From Spirochaetia bacterium (GTDB taxonomy: Bacteria; Spirochaetota; Spirochaetia; DSM-16054; Sediminispirochaetaceae), in NCBI GenBank assembly GCA_034520965.1, contig JAXHMY010000001.1, forward strand, positions 416,001 to 480,000: a stretch of 64,000 bases of DNA, in the 5' to 3' direction. This document shows positions 23,526-36,722 of the stretch, piece by piece. Made by a program: the position numbers and the translations under genes. Position 1 is the stretch's first letter, and each line of letters opens with the position of its first letter. Below the pieces are notes generated by a model. The model had not been told where the DNA came from and searched no databases. It worked only from the letters and a program-made list of their open reading frames with translations.

Positions 23526-24349
23526 CTATTTCCTTCGCTTTACTATATTCTTATTCGAATATTTCTTTTTCTTACGAGTCTTGTAACCCTTAGTCGGTTG
23601 TCCCCACGGACTCACCGGATGGCGTCCACCAGAGGTCTTACCTTCACCACCACCATGCGGGTGGTCTACCGGGTTCATCACAACACCACGTACTTTCGGA
23701 CGTCTACCAAGCCAGCGGGCTCGTCCCGCCTTTCCAAGCGAAACATTCATATGCTCTTCATTTCCAAGAACACCTACTGTTGCCTGACATTTAGCAAACA
23801 CCATTCTCATCTCGCCTGAAGGAAGTTTTACGGTAACGTAATCTCCCTCTTTAGCAACCACCACAGCTCGCCCACCGGCGGAGCGGACCATCTGTCCTCC
23901 CCGGCCTTTCTGCAGCTCAATGTTATGTACTTCGATACCCAGAGGAATTCCCTCTAGGGGTAATGTATTGCCCGGAGTAATTGGTGCACCCGGCCCGTTC
24001 TGAATCTTGGCGCCGACCTTTAATCCCTTCGGCGCTAAAATATAACGTTTGCCTCCATCGGCGTACCATACCAGTGCAATGAATGCTGACCGGTTTGGAT
24101 CGTACTCGATGGTTTTTATAGTACCTACTACTCCGACCTTATCCCGCTTAAAGTCAATCTCACGGTATTTTCTTTTATGACGCCCGCCCTTGCGACGCAC
24201 ACTAATGCGTCCGCCGGCGCCGCGCCCAGCATGAAAGCCCATCCCTTTTGTGAGTGACTTTTCGCTTTCTCACGGGTAATCTCCTCGAAAGTAAGACCCG
24301 TCTTGTACCGCTGACTTGGGGTGTTCGGTTTATATTTTTTTAGTGCCAC
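23526..24349 (-). CDS. rplB: 50S protein L2 (1-nt frameshift near 24262, probable sequencing error)
   Basis: N-terminus [11 protein letters not shown] in ORF 24128-24349; remainder with [12 protein letters not shown] in 23526-24242. Confidence 0.95.
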
Positions 24350-24380
24350 GTCTGAATCCCCCTATTACTCCGTAACTGCA

Positions 24381-24683
24381 TTATACACCTTCGATTGAAT
24401 CGATCTTTTCACCCGATTTCAGAGTTACCACCGCACGTTTCCATGCCGTTGTTTTCCCAAATCGGTATCCAGATTTTGTCCGTGAGGCTTTAGGTTTACT
24501 TTTCACCCACGCCACATTACAGGCCAACGGAGTAACTTGAAACAGCTCTTCAACTGCCTTCTTAATCTGCGATTTGTTGGCCCTAGAATCAACTTTGAAA
24601 ACGTATTTCCGTTGTTCTGTTTCTCGCATCACATTTGACTTTTCAGTCAATACCGGTTCAATAATTACTTGATCAGCTCTCAC
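24381..24683 (-). CDS. rplW: 50S protein L23
   Basis: PVLTEKS, ANKSQIKKAVEELF. Confidence 0.96.
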   Translation of the reverse strand: MRADQVIIEPVLTEKSNVMRETEQRKYVFKVDSRANKSQIKKAVEELFQVTPLACNVAWVKSKPKASRTKSGYRFGKTTAWKRAVVTLKSGEKIDSIEGV

Positions 24684-25324
24684 GACCGACCCCTCTCTAT
24701 GCTCTTTGCAAAAAAATCGTTTAATTTTGTAGCTGCCGACTCCATGACCACAATATGCTTTCCGTAGAACAGCTCATGCGCACTCAGTCGATTATACGAC
24801 TGCACTTTGAGCCAAGGAATATTCTTCCCTGCTCTTCTAAGCATACTGTCATCACTATGCAGCACCACAACCGTGCGTTCCTCTTTGACCAGGTTTTTAA
24901 GAATCGATACAAGGTCCCTGGTTTTTCCTGATTCAACCGAAAAATCTTCAACGATCTTTATAGTATCTGCCTGCAATTTCTTCGAAAGAATAGATCGCAT
25001 AGCTGAACGCTTCATTTTACGAGGCATCCGTACATGATAATCACGCGGCTGAGGACCAAAAGTAGTACCTCCACCGACCCACAAGGGCGACTTTTTGTCA
25101 CCGGCACGGGCATTACCCGTACCTTTTTGACGCCAAGGCTTAGCATTGCTACCCCTTACCAGTTTCCTATTCTTCACACTGGCGGTACCGATACGACGAT
25201 TGGCAAGTTCGCTGTTAATTGCATAGTAGATTGCGCTGTCGCTTACCTCGCAGTTGAAAACTTCGTCGTTCAATGTGATATTTTTTATCTCTTCGCCCTG
25301 TACCGAAAAGACCTTTGTTTCCAT
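24680..25324 (-). CDS. rplD: 50S protein L4
   Basis: KPWRQKGTGNARAG, FGPQPRDY. Confidence 0.97.
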   Translation of the reverse strand: METKVFSVQGEEIKNITLNDEVFNCEVSDSAIYYAINSELANRRIGTASVKNRKLVRGSNAKPWRQKGTGNARAGDKKSPLWVGGGTTFGPQPRDYHVRMPRKMKRSAMRSILSKKLQADTIKIVEDFSVESGKTRDLVSILKNLVKEERTVVVLHSDDSMLRRAGKNIPWLKVQSYNRLSAHELFYGKHIVVMESAATKLNDFFAKSIERGRS

Positions 25325-25333
25325 TTTCCGCCT

Positions 25334-25951
25334 CTACTTCTTATTAGCTTTTTTGACCATCACGATACCCTTGCGTGGCCCTGGAACTGCTCCCTTCACT
25401 AAAAGGAACTGTCGTTCTTCATCTACCTTCACTACACGAAGGTTCTGCACTGTTTTCTTATCGGCCCCCATGCGTCCGGGCATTTTAGTACCCTTATGCA
25501 CTTTCGATGGAGTAGCCGCCATACCAGTAGCTCCAAGACCCCGGTGAAACTTCGATCCGTGGGTTTTATTTCCGCCGGAAAAACCATGGCGTTTCATTAC
25601 ACCCTGAAAACCCTTTCCCTTCGAAGTACCGGTGATATCTACAAAAGTCACATCTTTGAAAACTGAAGCGCCAAGCGTTGCGCCTATTTCGTATTCGCCT
25701 TCAAAGTCTCGCATTTCAACCAGGACACTCTTGGGTGATCCGTTCTTAAATTGTCCGGCATAGGGTTTACTCACCCGGCTCGCCTTTTTATCAACAGCAC
25801 CCATTACTACGGCTTTATAGCCGTTTTTTTCTTCGTTGCGTTCGTCTATAACCTGGTTATCTTCTATTTTGATGACGGTAACCGGGGTTAATACCCCGCG
25901 TTCGTCAAACACCTGTGTCATTCCAAGCTTTCTACCGATCAGCCCTAACAT
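25334..25951 (-). CDS. rplC: 50S protein L3
   Basis: GRKLGMTQVF, SKGKGFQGVMKRH. Confidence 0.97.
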   Translation of the reverse strand: MLGLIGRKLGMTQVFDERGVLTPVTVIKIEDNQVIDERNEEKNGYKAVVMGAVDKKASRVSKPYAGQFKNGSPKSVLVEMRDFEGEYEIGATLGASVFKDVTFVDITGTSKGKGFQGVMKRHGFSGGNKTHGSKFHRGLGATGMAATPSKVHKGTKMPGRMGADKKTVQNLRVVKVDEERQFLLVKGAVPGPRKGIVMVKKANKK

Positions 25952-25981
25952 CTTTAACCTCAATTAAGTAAAATCTTCGTT

Positions 25982-26290
25982 TTACTGCTTGATCTCTACA
26001 TCCACACCAGCAGGAAGCTCAAGCTTCATTAGGGCATCCATCACCTTCGATGTAGGATCAAGAATGTCGATCAACCTCTTGTGCGTTCGCATCTCAAACT
26101 GTTCACGAGCTTTCTTATTTACGTGCGGCGACTTAAGGACGGTAAATTTGTTTATCCTTGTTGGTAAAGGGACTGGCCCTGCTACTTTTGCCCCAGCCTT
26201 TTCCACCGTCTGTACAATTGCACGCGAGCTTTGGTCTATAAGCTCTATATCAAAGCCTCGTAGCCGCACACGTATTCTATCTTTGGCCAT
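25982..26290 (-). CDS. rpsJ: 30S protein S10
   Basis: [21 protein letters not shown]. Confidence 0.98.
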   Translation of the reverse strand: MAKDRIRVRLRGFDIELIDQSSRAIVQTVEKAGAKVAGPVPLPTRINKFTVLKSPHVNKKAREQFEMRTHKRLIDILDPTSKVMDALMKLELPAGVDVEIKQ

Positions 26291-26301
26291 TATATCCCCC
26301 G

Positions 26302-26333
26302 AAAAGCAAGTCCCGCACGCATGTGTGCGGGAC
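26302..26333 (-). terminator. Terminator/attenuator hairpin between tuf and rpsJ
   Basis: gtcccgcac/gtgcgggac stem followed by ttgctttt on the minus strand. Confidence 0.6.
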
Positions 26334-26345
26334 ATACTAAAATTA

Positions 26346-27536
26346 CTATTCGATTATCTCAGTAACCTGACCACTAGCTACGGTTCGGCCACCTTCGCGA
26401 ATAGCGAAGCGCAGTCCTTTTTCCATAGCAATTGGATGAATGAGTTCAACGTTAACTTCAACGTGGTCACCGGGCATTACCATCTGCTTATCTTCAGGCA
26501 GAGTTACATCACCGGTAATATCGGTTGTCCGGAAGTAAAACTGCGGACGATACCCGTTAAAGAAAGGCGAGTGACGACCACCCTCTTCCTTGGTCAAGGC
26601 ATAAATCTGCCCCTTAAACTTCGCATGCGGAGTAATACTACCCGGCTTCGCAAGAACCTGTCCACGAACGACACTGTCTTTATCAATACCGCGCAGCAGT
26701 GCTCCAATGTTATCGCCGGCCTGCCCTTCGTCCAGAATCTTGTTAAACATCTCTACACCCGTACAGGTGGTTTTCGTTGTCTCACGAACACCTACTATTT
26801 CAATAGTATCATTCACATGAACAACACCGCGTTCAATACGACCGGTAACAACAGTACCACGGCCCTGAATGGAAAAAATATCTTCGATCGGCATCAGGAA
26901 GTCCTGATCTACCGCACGTTCCGGCTGCGGAAAGTAGTTATCCATTGCATCGAGCAGCTCCTGAATACATTTGGTCTTTTCAGGATCCTCGGGATGCTCC
27001 ATTGCTTCAAAAGCAGAGCCTTTGATTACAGGAATATCATCCCCGGGGAACTCATATTCTTTCAACAGATCCCGCATCTCTTCTTCAACCAGTTCGATCA
27101 AATCAGGATCGTCTACCTGGTCGGTTTTGTTAACAAATACGATCAAAGCCGGTACACCAACCTGACGAGCAAGCAGAATGTGCTCTTTGGTCTGTGCCAT
27201 CGCACCGTCGGTAGCTGCAACTACAATAACTGATCCATCCATCTGCGCAGCACCAGTGATCATATTTTTGATATAATCTGCGTGTCCCGGACAGTCAACG
27301 TGAGCGTAGTGCCGAGCGTCGGTTTCGTACTCTACGTGACGAGTATTGATAGTTATACCACGGGCTTTTTCTTCAGGTGCATTGTCGATTTGTTCATAAG
27401 ACATCACCTTTCCGCCATCGCCCTTTGAGCAAAACATGGTAATTGCCGCAGTAAGAGTTGTCTTACCGTGGTCAACATGCCCAATGGTACCAACGTTGAT
27501 ATGTGGCTTTGTTCTTTCAAACTTGGCTTTAGCCAT
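26346..27536 (-). CDS. tuf: Elongation factor Tu
   Basis: [24 protein letters not shown]. Confidence 0.99.
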   Translation of the reverse strand: MAKAKFERTKPHINVGTIGHVDHGKTTLTAAITMFCSKGDGGKVMSYEQIDNAPEEKARGITINTRHVEYETDARHYAHVDCPGHADYIKNMITGAAQMDGSVIVVAATDGAMAQTKEHILLARQVGVPALIVFVNKTDQVDDPDLIELVEEEMRDLLKEYEFPGDDIPVIKGSAFEAMEHPEDPEKTKCIQELLDAMDNYFPQPERAVDQDFLMPIEDIFSIQGRGTVVTGRIERGVVHVNDTIEIVGVRETTKTTCTGVEMFNKILDEGQAGDNIGALLRGIDKDSVVRGQVLAKPGSITPHAKFKGQIYALTKEEGGRHSPFFNGYRPQFYFRTTDITGDVTLPEDKQMVMPGDHVEVNVELIHPIAMEKGLRFAIREGGRTVASGQVTEIIE

Positions 27537-27579
27537 CACTTCCTCCTTGTGAATATCCCCAATAAAAATTATACGACCA

Positions 27580-27820
27580 CATCTATGCGACCCACCTTGG
27601 GCCGACAGACACCGATCATGTTATACCTATATAGCAAGTGAACGAATAGAGTGAAAAGGAAGGATCCAGAGGTCTCAACATTTCAGCATCGAATGCGAAT
27701 GTCAGACGTGGCTGATTACAGCGCCTGGAACCACCTCATCATCCTAAAATCACAGCAGTGATATAAAAGACGATCGGTTTGGCTACCACAAGCCTGGTGC
27801 TTATGCACCAATAGGTTGTG
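27580..27820 (-). ncRNA. Candidate structured RNA / long 5' leader of tuf
   Basis: Hand-folded nested helices (accgaucgu/augaucggu, uuauauc/gguauaa, uccag/cugga, apical gacauu..aauguu) with G-U pairs that form only on the minus strand. Confidence 0.5.
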
Positions 27821-27822
27821 CA

Positions 27823-27851
27823 ATACTACGCAATATGCGTAGAAAGGTCAA
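27823..27851 (-). promoter_or_regulatory. sigma70 promoter for tuf/S10
   Basis: TTGACC-17 nt-TAGTAT. Confidence 0.65.
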
Positions 27852-27867
27852 GGGGGAAAACCCCCTT
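27850..27867 (-). terminator. Hairpin right after the rpsG stop
   Basis: aaggggg-aaaa-ccccctt. Confidence 0.5.
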
Positions 27868-27870
27868 AAT

Positions 27871-28341
27871 TTACCATCTATAATGTGAGAACGCTTTATT
27901 CGCCTCAGCCATCCTATGGGTATCTTCCTTCTTTCTAAAAGCGGTACCAGTTGAATTATATGCATCATACAATTCGTTGAACAGCTTCTCGCCCATAGAC
28001 TTCCCACTTCTTGTTCGGGCGGCCTGAATAATCCAGCGCATTGCCAAGGCATCACGCCGTTTCTCACGTACCTCTACCGGTACCTGATAGGTAGACCCAC
28101 CCACACGTCTTGATTTTACCTCTACCGAGGGTTTGACGTTTTCAAGAGCTTTTTGAAACACTTCCAGACCATCTTTACCCGACTTTTCCGCCACCTGCTC
28201 GAGTGCTTCATACATCACCCTCTGGCTGGTTGCTTTTTTTCCGTCAAGCATCATTCTGGTAATAAACTTTGTTACAATTGTGCTGCCATAACGCGAATCG
28301 GGCAACACAACTTTTTCACGGATAAATTTCTTTCGTCCCAT
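27871..28341 (-). CDS. rpsG: 30S protein S7
   Basis: [30 protein letters not shown]. Confidence 0.98.
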   Translation of the reverse strand: MGRKKFIREKVVLPDSRYGSTIVTKFITRMMLDGKKATSQRVMYEALEQVAEKSGKDGLEVFQKALENVKPSVEVKSRRVGGSTYQVPVEVREKRRDALAMRWIIQAARTRSGKSMGEKLFNELYDAYNSTGTAFRKKEDTHRMAEANKAFSHYRW

Positions 28342-28351
28342 TGGTTACTCC

Positions 28352-28726
28352 TTACGCTTTCGGCTTCTTCGTTCCGTACTTGGACCGACCTTTTCTCCGA
28401 TCTTCCACACCCAGGGTATCTTTTGCACCCCTTACAATGTGGTACCGTACACCGGGAAGGTCTTTTACACGACCACCACGGATCAGCACCACCGAGTGTT
28501 CCTGTAGATTATGCCCGATACCCGGAATATAAGCTGTTGCTTCTATTCCATTGGTTAATCGAACTCTGGCTACTTTACGGAGAGCCGAATTCGGCTTTTT
28601 CGGTGTAACCGTCATTACGCGGGTGCATACCCCGCGCTTCTGGGGACAATTTTCAAGCGCTCTGGCTTTACTCTTGGTAACAATGGCCTTGCGGCCCTTT
28701 CGAACTAGCTGGTTAATTGTAGGCAT
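28352..28726 (-). CDS. rpsL: 30S protein S12
   Basis: [22 protein letters not shown]. Confidence 0.99.
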   Translation of the reverse strand: MPTINQLVRKGRKAIVTKSKARALENCPQKRGVCTRVMTVTPKKPNSALRKVARVRLTNGIEATAYIPGIGHNLQEHSVVLIRGGRVKDLPGVRYHIVRGAKDTLGVEDRRKGRSKYGTKKPKA

Positions 28727-28805
28727 GTACCTGTGTACTCCCTTTCATATTGTTTTTCTTGACTGATCGGGCCAGCATGAGTGTAAGTAACTCCCAGCAC
28801 TGGAA

Positions 28806-31800
28806 TCACTCTTCATCGCCATCCGCAAAAACCTGCTCGGCCTCTGCGGTGAAACCCTGGCTTTCCTCTTCCCCTTCAGCCTGTTCACGTTTTCTCGCAT
28901 CAATTATATTCTGAACCGAAGCATCAAGATCTTCGGAGTGTTCATCATACAGTTTCACATCACGGTAGTTCCGCATACCGGTGCCTGCCGGTATAAGGTG
29001 ACCAATTATAACATTCTCTTTCAGTCCGTGCAGGGCATCAGTATTACCTGCTATTGCCGCGTTTGTCAACACCCGAGTTGTTTCCTGGAAGGATGCAGCC
29101 GAGATGAAGGAATCGATATTGAGCGATGCCCGGGTAATACCTAACAGCAGGGGTTTTCCAACCGCCGGCTGTCCACCTTCTCGCATAACCTTATGGTTTT
29201 CCTGGTGGAACTTGTACTTATCTATCTGCTGCCCATAAATAAAGTTGGTATCGCCAACCTGAATAATCTCAACCTTACGCATCATCTGACGAATAATTAC
29301 ACCGATGTGTTTATCATTGATATTAACTCCCTGCAGGCGATACACTTCCTGCACCTCATTCACCAAGAATGATTGCAGGGCATTTTCGCCTAGGATCTCT
29401 AACACATCGTGGGGATCAAAGCTTCCTTCACAGAGCTCCTCTCCGGCCTCTACTAAGTCTCCGTCACGTATCAGAAGGTGACGCCCCATCGGGACCAGAT
29501 GCTTGTACTCGACCCCAAAATCATCAACCACGTTGATAACTCGTTTACCCTTCACAATCGCCTTAAAATTTACTGTACCGGAAATTCGAGCAAGCACCGA
29601 AGAGCTTTTTGGACGACGTGCTTCAAACAGCTCTCCTACCCGTGGCAGACCACCGGTAATATCACTGGTTTTCACACTTTCCTTCAGCAGTTTTGCAAGG
29701 GTACGGCCCATTTTAACTTCTTCGCCGTCTTCAACATTCAGATAAGAGTTACCCGGCAGGAAGTAACTCCCCTTTTCATTACCCTCTTCATCCAGCAAAA
29801 CAAGTCTTGGCTGCAGACTTTCCGAAGAAAACTCGGTAATTTTCTTTTCAATATTACCGGTATCCTCATTAATCTCTTCTTTAAGAGTTGTTCCCAGCAC
29901 AATATCTTCGAATTTTATCTTACCATTCTGTTCTGCAATTATCGGCTCAGAGAACGGGTCAAAAGTAGCCAGAGGTTCTCCCGACTCAACGGTTTCATCT
30001 ACTCCTACCCGAAGTTCGGCACCGTTTCGTACATCAATCTTCTGGTCTTGGGCCACCAGCAGCAGTTCATTATCTCTAATATGGGCAAAGGCATTTTCAT
30101 GAGCCAGAATATCTTCGCCGTCCTTGGTAACCAAAGGCACTGCCCCGCTGATTTTGTCGCCTTCAGCGACATGGAGCTTACTCTTCTTGTCTATCTCAAT
30201 TCGACGCAGGACCTTCGCAACGATAATATATCCCTTTCGAGTAAAGAGAGTATCTCCGCCTTCCAGCTGTACGGTGTTTCCGTGTAGTTCTTTCACTAAT
30301 ACCGGGAAAGCGAAGGAAATACGGTTTTCTTCGCTTGCCTTGGTTGCAGCACCCCCGATATGGAAGGTACGCATGGTAAGCTGCGTTCCCGGCTGACCGA
30401 TTGACTGGGCGGCTATAATTCCAACCGCTTCACCCACATCTACTGTCTCATTTGTCGCCAGATTTCGACCATAGCATTTACGACATACTCCATGCCGCGC
30501 TTCGCAGGTAAGCACCGTTCGCAAGCGAACAGACTCAACCCCGACTTCCTCTATTTCTGTGGCCAGTTCTTCGGTAATCTCTTCATTTACATCTACAATA
30601 ATATCAGCGGTTATGGGATGCTTCACACGTTCAAGGGTAAACCGCCCCACAATACGATCCTGCAGTGACTCAATTATTTCTTCGCCGTCTTTTAAGGCAC
30701 TTATTTCAATTCCATTAATCGTACCGCAGTCATCTTCATTGATCACCACGTCCTGAGCAATATCAACCAGTCGACGGGTCAGGTACCCTGCATCGGCGGT
30801 TTTCAGTGCGGTGTCGGCCAGTCCCTTACGAGCACCGTTGGTCGAAATAAAGAACTCAATAATTGACAGCCCCTCTTTAAAGTTGGAGCGGATCGGCAGC
30901 TCAATAATGTCACCTGAGGGCTTTGCCATCAGGCCGCGCATACCGGCCAGCTGTCGTATCTGCGTACGACTACCCCGTGCCCCGGAGTCGGCCATCAAGT
31001 ATACCGGGTTAAAACCATCGCGGTCCTTTTTCAGAAGCTCCATCAACTCCGCAGTCAGATCCTCGTTTGTTTTACTCCAGACCTCAATTACACGGTTATA
31101 GCGCTCTTCCTGGGTAATGTGGCCCTGCAGATACTGATTCTGTATCTCCACAACCCGCTGGTTGGCCTCGTCAATCATCTCTTTCTTCTTTTCTGGAATA
31201 ACTACATCATCTACACCAATAGTGGCACCAAACAGTGTAGCGTAACGAAAGCCGACATCCTTTATAGAGTCGAGCATCCTCACAACTACAGCTGGTCCAT
31301 GTTCTTTATAGGCCTTTCCTACCAGAGCGCGCAACTCTTTATCACCTAACTGTTCATTTACAAATTCCACCTCTTCAGGCATTTCTTCGTTAAATATGAT
31401 GCGCCCGGCGCTGGTATCAGCCCATTCTCCGTTAAATTTGACTTTAATTCTTGTGTTATATCTAATAGACCTTGCCTCTAAAGCAAGCATCGCTTCGTCG
31501 AATTTGACAAAATGCTTACCGTGCCCCGGTTGGCCGTCGCGTATACGTGTAAGATAGTTAATTCCAAGCACCATATCCTGGGAAGGAAATACAATCGGCG
31601 CACCGTTAGCGGGGTCTAGCAAGTTCGTTGAAGAGAGCATGAGCGTCCAGCATTCAAGCTGGGCGGCCTGGGTCAAAGGCACGTGTACGGCCATCTGGTC
31701 ACCATCAAAGTCGGCGTTATACGCATGGCAGACCAGGGGATGCAATTTAATAGCCTTTCCCTCGGTGAGTACCGGCTCAAAGGCCTGGATACCGAGTCGG

Positions 31801-33056
31801 TGGAGGGTTGGCGCACGGTTTAGGAATACCGGATGCTCTCTTACAACCTCATCCAGTACCGCATACACTTCCTGCGTCTCCTGCTCTACCAGAGTCTTGG
31901 CTTTCTTAATATTATAGACCACATCGCGCTCGACCAGCTTCTTCATAATAAAAGGCTTGAATAACTCCAAGGCCATTTTGGTCGGAAGACCGCACTGATG
32001 CAGTCGTAATTCCGGTCCGACAACAATTACCGACCGTCCGGAATAATCAACACGTTTTCCCAGCAGGTTCTGTCGAAACCGCCCCTGCTTTCCCTTTAAC
32101 ATATCAGAAAGCGATTTTAGGGGCCTGTTAGAAGCGCCTTTTACAACTCTCTTTTTCTTCGAGTTATCAAAAAGGGCATCCACCGCCTCTTGAAGCATTC
32201 GCTTTTCGTTTCGAATAATAATATCAGGGGCATTAAGGGACATGAGCCGTTTTAATCGGTTATTCCTATTAATTACACGGCGATACAGATCGTTTAGGTC
32301 GGAGGTGGCAAAACGCCCCCCATCCAACTGTACCATCGGTCGCAGCTCCGGTGGAATGACAGGAATTACATCCAGAATCATCCACTCCGGACGGTTCCCG
32401 GAATCTCGAAAGTTTTCTACAATCTCAATCCGCTTGAGCAGCCGTTTATCCGCCTTCACACCCTTCTCTACCATCTTTCCCCGTAGTTCAGCGGAAAGAA
32501 GATCGAGATCAATTTGCTCCAGCAGAGTACGCACCGACTCCGCCCCGATTCCGGCGGTGAAGCTCATGCCGTAACGCTCTCGGGCATCAATATATTCTTC
32601 TTCAGAAAGAAGATCCATCGCTTTCAAGTCGGTGTCACCCGACTCAATCACAATGTATTTTTCATAGTACAGCACCGACCGCAAGGCTGCAATCGTAAGA
32701 TCAAGCAGCAATCCCATGCGAGACGGAACCGAGCGGTAATACCAAATGTGAGAAACCGGCGAGGCCAGCTCTATATGCCCCATCCGCTCGCGACGAACCT
32801 TGAAGTGAGTTACCTCAACTCCACAACGGTCGCAGATTACTCCCTTATAGCGGATAGACTTAAACTTTCCGCAATAACACTCGTACTCCTTAGTGGTACC
32901 GAAAATACGCTCACAAAAGAGCCCGTCCTTTTCCGGACGTAGAGTACGGTAATTTATTGTTTCCGGTTTCTTCACTTCTCCGTACGACCATGCTCTGATC
33001 TGCTCCGGAGAAGCAAGCTTTATCATTATATTATCAAAATCTTGAATATCTCTCAT
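28806..33056 (-). CDS. rpoC: RNA polymerase beta' subunit
   Basis: [12 protein letters not shown] catalytic motif, [13 protein letters not shown]. Confidence 0.99.
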   Translation of the reverse strand: MRDIQDFDNIMIKLASPEQIRAWSYGEVKKPETINYRTLRPEKDGLFCERIFGTTKEYECYCGKFKSIRYKGVICDRCGVEVTHFKVRRERMGHIELASPVSHIWYYRSVPSRMGLLLDLTIAALRSVLYYEKYIVIESGDTDLKAMDLLSEEEYIDARERYGMSFTAGIGAESVRTLLEQIDLDLLSAELRGKMVEKGVKADKRLLKRIEIVENFRDSGNRPEWMILDVIPVIPPELRPMVQLDGGRFATSDLNDLYRRVINRNNRLKRLMSLNAPDIIIRNEKRMLQEAVDALFDNSKKKRVVKGASNRPLKSLSDMLKGKQGRFRQNLLGKRVDYSGRSVIVVGPELRLHQCGLPTKMALELFKPFIMKKLVERDVVYNIKKAKTLVEQETQEVYAVLDEVVREHPVFLNRAPTLHRLGIQAFEPVLTEGKAIKLHPLVCHAYNADFDGDQMAVHVPLTQAAQLECWTLMLSSTNLLDPANGAPIVFPSQDMVLGINYLTRIRDGQPGHGKHFVKFDEAMLALEARSIRYNTRIKVKFNGEWADTSAGRIIFNEEMPEEVEFVNEQLGDKELRALVGKAYKEHGPAVVVRMLDSIKDVGFRYATLFGATIGVDDVVIPEKKKEMIDEANQRVVEIQNQYLQGHITQEERYNRVIEVWSKTNEDLTAELMELLKKDRDGFNPVYLMADSGARGSRTQIRQLAGMRGLMAKPSGDIIELPIRSNFKEGLSIIEFFISTNGARKGLADTALKTADAGYLTRRLVDIAQDVVINEDDCGTINGIEISALKDGEEIIESLQDRIVGRFTLERVKHPITADIIVDVNEEITEELATEIEEVGVESVRLRTVLTCEARHGVCRKCYGRNLATNETVDVGEAVGIIAAQSIGQPGTQLTMRTFHIGGAATKASEENRISFAFPVLVKELHGNTVQLEGGDTLFTRKGYIIVAKVLRRIEIDKKSKLHVAEGDKISGAVPLVTKDGEDILAHENAFAHIRDNELLLVAQDQKIDVRNGAELRVGVDETVESGEPLATFDPFSEPIIAEQNGKIKFEDIVLGTTLKEEINEDTGNIEKKITEFSSESLQPRLVLLDEEGNEKGSYFLPGNSYLNVEDGEEVKMGRTLAKLLKESVKTSDITGGLPRVGELFEARRPKSSSVLARISGTVNFKAIVKGKRVINVVDDFGVEYKHLVPMGRHLLIRDGDLVEAGEELCEGSFDPHDVLEILGENALQSFLVNEVQEVYRLQGVNINDKHIGVIIRQMMRKVEIIQVGDTNFIYGQQIDKYKFHQENHKVMREGGQPAVGKPLLLGITRASLNIDSFISAASFQETTRVLTNAAIAGNTDALHGLKENVIIGHLIPAGTGMRNYRDVKLYDEHSEDLDASVQNIIDARKREQAEGEEESQGFTAEAEQVFADGDEE

Positions 33057-33071
33057 ATGATATACTCCTGC

Positions 33072-36000
33072 CTAGAACTGGCTCCCTTTTCGATTGATCA
33101 GCTCCTCGTCTCGTTCAGTCAGCGGAATCTGCTTACCCTTGGAATCATAAATAGTTACATCCAAGGCCAGTCCCCGCAGTTCCTGTATCAGTACATTAAA
33201 CGATTCTGGAACCCCTGCGCTGGTTGCCGTCTCTCCCTTCACGATACTCTCGTAAATCTTCGATCGGCCGTTCATATCATCAGATTTTATAGTGAGCAGC
33301 TCCTGGAGCGTATTTGCGGCACCGTAGGCTTCAAGGGCCCAGACCTCCATCTCTCCAAGCCTCTGACCACCGAACTGCGCCTTACCACCCAGCGGCTGCT
33401 GGGTAACCAGTGAGTAGGGTCCGGTTGAGCGGGCATGCATCTTATCGTCGATAAGGTGGTGCAGCTTCAATATATACATCAGCCCTACAAACACTTCATT
33501 CTCAAACAATTCACCAGTCCGGCCGTCCCGTATCTGTGTCTTGGAATTGGCCGGCAAACCGGCCTCTTTAAGCTTCTCGGAAATCATCTCCGGGGTAGCA
33601 GACTGAAAGATCGGAGTATCATACCATTCATCCAGTGCCAAGGCTGCCCATCCAAGCTCATTTTCAAGCAGCTGACCAAGGTTCATTCGCGAAGGAACAC
33701 CCAAGGGGTTCAAACAGATGTCCAAAGGCGTTCCGTCGTTCATGTACGGCATATCCTCTTCCGGCAGCACCAGGGCAACAACACCCTTGTTTCCGTGCCG
33801 CCCGGCCATCTTGTCACCTTCACGCAACTTTCGCTTGGTAGCTATAAGTACTTTCACAACCTCATCTACACCCGGGGTAAGATCATCACCTTCTGAGCGC
33901 TTGAGACGCTGCACATCTATTACGGTTCCTTCGGTTCCGTGGGGAATCCGCAGGGAACTGTCTTTTACTTCTTTTGCTTTTTCACCAAAGATTGAGTTCA
34001 AAAGCTTAAACTCCGGTGTGGTTTCAGTCTCCGACTTAGGAGTAACCTTTCCCACCAGAATCGAGCCGGAACTAACCTTGGCCCCTATACTGGTAATCCC
34101 CTCTTCGTCCAGGTACTCCAGCGCTTTTTCACTCACATTCGGTATATCACAGGTAAGCTTCTCCGGACCAAGCTTCGTCTCGCGGATATCAATGGTGAAC
34201 TCTTTTATATGTATCGAAGTATAAATATCCTCACGTACAACCTTTTCAGAGATAAGAATGGCATCCTCGTAGTTATAACCGTTCCAGGGAACGAAGCCTA
34301 CCATTACGTTACGTCCCAGGGCCAGCTCGCCTTTATCTGTAGCCGGCCCATCCGAAATTACCTGCCCCGCCTCTATTTTCTGGTCATGGTATACCAGGGG
34401 CTTATGGTTAAAACAAGTATCCTGGTTAGTTCGTTGGAACTTGACCAGTTTATATACATCCCGTTCATCCGGATCTTTTGCGTCATCCGGTTTTATCACT
34501 ATGCGCTGGTTATTTACATACTCTACTGTTCCGGCCCGTTTCGCTTTCAACAGTACACCGGAATCGTAGGCTGTCTTACCCTCCATACCGGTTCCAACCC
34601 GCGGCGCTTCTGGAAATACCAGCGGCACAGATTGGCGCTGCATATTCGAGCCCATCAGAGCACGGTTTGCATCATCGTGCTCAAGGAAGGGAATCAATGA
34701 GGTTGCAACTGAAACTACCTGCTTCGGAGAGACGTCCATGTAGGTAATGGACTCCGCCGGCTTGGTGTTATAATCACCCGACTTACGCACCGAAATAAGG
34801 CCATCGACGAATTTTCCATCTTCCCCCAAGTTTGCATTCGCCTGTGCAATAAAGTGTTTTTCTTCATCCATCGCAGACAAATACTCTATATCATCACTTA
34901 CAATACTGTTTTTCACCTTACGGTAAGGAGTCTCAAGAAAACCATACTCATTAACCCTGGTGTAGTTTGCCAGAGAAACAATCAGTCCAATATTCGGACC
35001 TTCAGGGGTTTCAATCGGACACATTCGTCCATAGTGGGTATAGTGTACATCACGTACCTCAAACCCGGCACGCTCGCGGGACAAACCGCCTGGTCCCAGG
35101 GCGTTCAGTCGGCGTTTATGGGTCAATTCGGCCAACGGATTGACCTGATCCATAAACTGGGAAAGCTGACTGGAGCCAAAAAACTCTTTTACCGCCGCAA
35201 CAACCGGCTTTATAGAGACCAGATCCTGGGGTTTGACCGTATCAGTTTCTTTTAGACTCATACGCTCTTTGGCGATTCGCTCCATTCGTGAAAAGGCGGT
35301 TTTCAACTGATTTGCCATTAACTCGCCTACCGAACGAACCCGCCGGTTTCCAAGATGGTCGATATCATCAACATTATCTTCACCAATGTACACTTTAATC
35401 AGGAATTTCATTGTATTGTAGATATCTTCCCTGCTCAGTACCTGGCTTTTATTTTCAAGGTCGTAATCGAACTTTTTATTTAATTTATAACGTCCTACCC
35501 GGCCCAGATCGTACCTTCGTGTACTAAAAAACATCGATTGCAGATCTCTTTCGGCACTTTCAAGGGTAATTGGCTCACCCGGCATTAAGACCGAATACAC
35601 TGCAATCAGAGCATCTTCCTTGGTCGGTTCATCAGCATTTACATCGTCACGGGTAAATTTTACTTCTTCCCGATCAAAACAGTTCAGAATAATAGGCGAA
35701 TGCAGGGATTCGGGGTTTTCATAATCAATGAGGCTCACATCTGTTACACCCGAGTGGAGAAGCTCATCGACATCATGGGGATGCAGTTTTTCACCTGCCC
35801 GGTACAGCTTCTTTTGCTCACCTTCCCGTTCAATCCATACCGACTTCGAGAGAACCCTGCCCACCAGCTCATCACGCCCCTCACGGCTCTCTTTGACCTC
35901 GCTGGATTCGCTCTTATAAAAAACATCAATTATATCTTCTCTGGTATTAAAACCTAGAGCTCGTAAAAACATCGTTCCAAGGATACGCTTTTTACGATCG

Positions 36001-36575
36001 ATTTTTGCGTAAATCAGCTCTTTTTTCTGATCGATTTCAAATTCGAGCCATGAACCTCGATATGGAATAATTCGCGAGGAATACACACCCTTCTCATGCG
36101 AGAAGATTACACCCGGAGAACGGTGAATCTGACTTACCACTACCCGCTCGGCACCATTGATAATAAAGGTCCCCCGGTCTGTCATAAGTGGTATATCGCC
36201 AATATATATATCTTTCTGTCTTATTTCTCCAGTTTCCTGGAAAATAAGGTTTATTTTCGCTTTTATGGGAACAGCATAGGTAAGCCCCTTGAGCTTACAC
36301 TGTTCTTCGTCGAATTTTATATTCTTCTCGTCAAGAGTATAATGGGTATACTCCAGCAGCATATCTCCGTTTGGACTCTCAATCGGAAATACCCCCTGAA
36401 AGACCTCTTCAATACCTTGCAGCAGAAGCGGTTGTCCCGAAAGGAGCCTGTTCCTTTGCAGAAACCGCTCGTACGACGAGAGTTGTATGTCGATGAGATT
36501 AGGGAGTTTCATGACTTCACGAAACTCTTCCCCAATATATGTTCTCTTTCTTATGGCTTGGCTGCCTGGAAGCAT
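33072..36575 (-). CDS. rpoB: RNA polymerase beta subunit
   Basis: [30 protein letters not shown]. Confidence 0.99.
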   Translation of the reverse strand: MLPGSQAIRKRTYIGEEFREVMKLPNLIDIQLSSYERFLQRNRLLSGQPLLLQGIEEVFQGVFPIESPNGDMLLEYTHYTLDEKNIKFDEEQCKLKGLTYAVPIKAKINLIFQETGEIRQKDIYIGDIPLMTDRGTFIINGAERVVVSQIHRSPGVIFSHEKGVYSSRIIPYRGSWLEFEIDQKKELIYAKIDRKKRILGTMFLRALGFNTREDIIDVFYKSESSEVKESREGRDELVGRVLSKSVWIEREGEQKKLYRAGEKLHPHDVDELLHSGVTDVSLIDYENPESLHSPIILNCFDREEVKFTRDDVNADEPTKEDALIAVYSVLMPGEPITLESAERDLQSMFFSTRRYDLGRVGRYKLNKKFDYDLENKSQVLSREDIYNTMKFLIKVYIGEDNVDDIDHLGNRRVRSVGELMANQLKTAFSRMERIAKERMSLKETDTVKPQDLVSIKPVVAAVKEFFGSSQLSQFMDQVNPLAELTHKRRLNALGPGGLSRERAGFEVRDVHYTHYGRMCPIETPEGPNIGLIVSLANYTRVNEYGFLETPYRKVKNSIVSDDIEYLSAMDEEKHFIAQANANLGEDGKFVDGLISVRKSGDYNTKPAESITYMDVSPKQVVSVATSLIPFLEHDDANRALMGSNMQRQSVPLVFPEAPRVGTGMEGKTAYDSGVLLKAKRAGTVEYVNNQRIVIKPDDAKDPDERDVYKLVKFQRTNQDTCFNHKPLVYHDQKIEAGQVISDGPATDKGELALGRNVMVGFVPWNGYNYEDAILISEKVVREDIYTSIHIKEFTIDIRETKLGPEKLTCDIPNVSEKALEYLDEEGITSIGAKVSSGSILVGKVTPKSETETTPEFKLLNSIFGEKAKEVKDSSLRIPHGTEGTVIDVQRLKRSEGDDLTPGVDEVVKVLIATKRKLREGDKMAGRHGNKGVVALVLPEEDMPYMNDGTPLDICLNPLGVPSRMNLGQLLENELGWAALALDEWYDTPIFQSATPEMISEKLKEAGLPANSKTQIRDGRTGELFENEVFVGLMYILKLHHLIDDKMHARSTGPYSLVTQQPLGGKAQFGGQRLGEMEVWALEAYGAANTLQELLTIKSDDMNGRSKIYESIVKGETATSAGVPESFNVLIQELRGLALDVTIYDSKGKQIPLTERDEELINRKGSQF

Positions 36576-36650
36576 CACCACCCCCTGGTAAAAACACCCC
36601 GCTCAACGGACGTCGGAGTTAGATGGATTTTTTATTCTAAGACACAATCG

Positions 36651-36678
36651 GCCACCAGACACATTGCGGTCTGGTGGC
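36651..36678 (-). terminator. Attenuator hairpin between rplL and rpoB
   Basis: gccaccagac/gtctggtggc 10-bp stem. Confidence 0.55.
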
Positions 36679-36722
36679 GCTTGTGGGTACTACTAAATTG
36701 TATGTGCGTTACCGAGAAGCTG

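Noticed and set aside
25989..27233. 414-aa plus-strand ORF opposite tuf/rpsJ, and similar antisense ORFs over ptsI, rpoB, rpoC and clpB
   Set aside because: Shadow ORFs from codon bias in conserved genes; no recognisable motifs.
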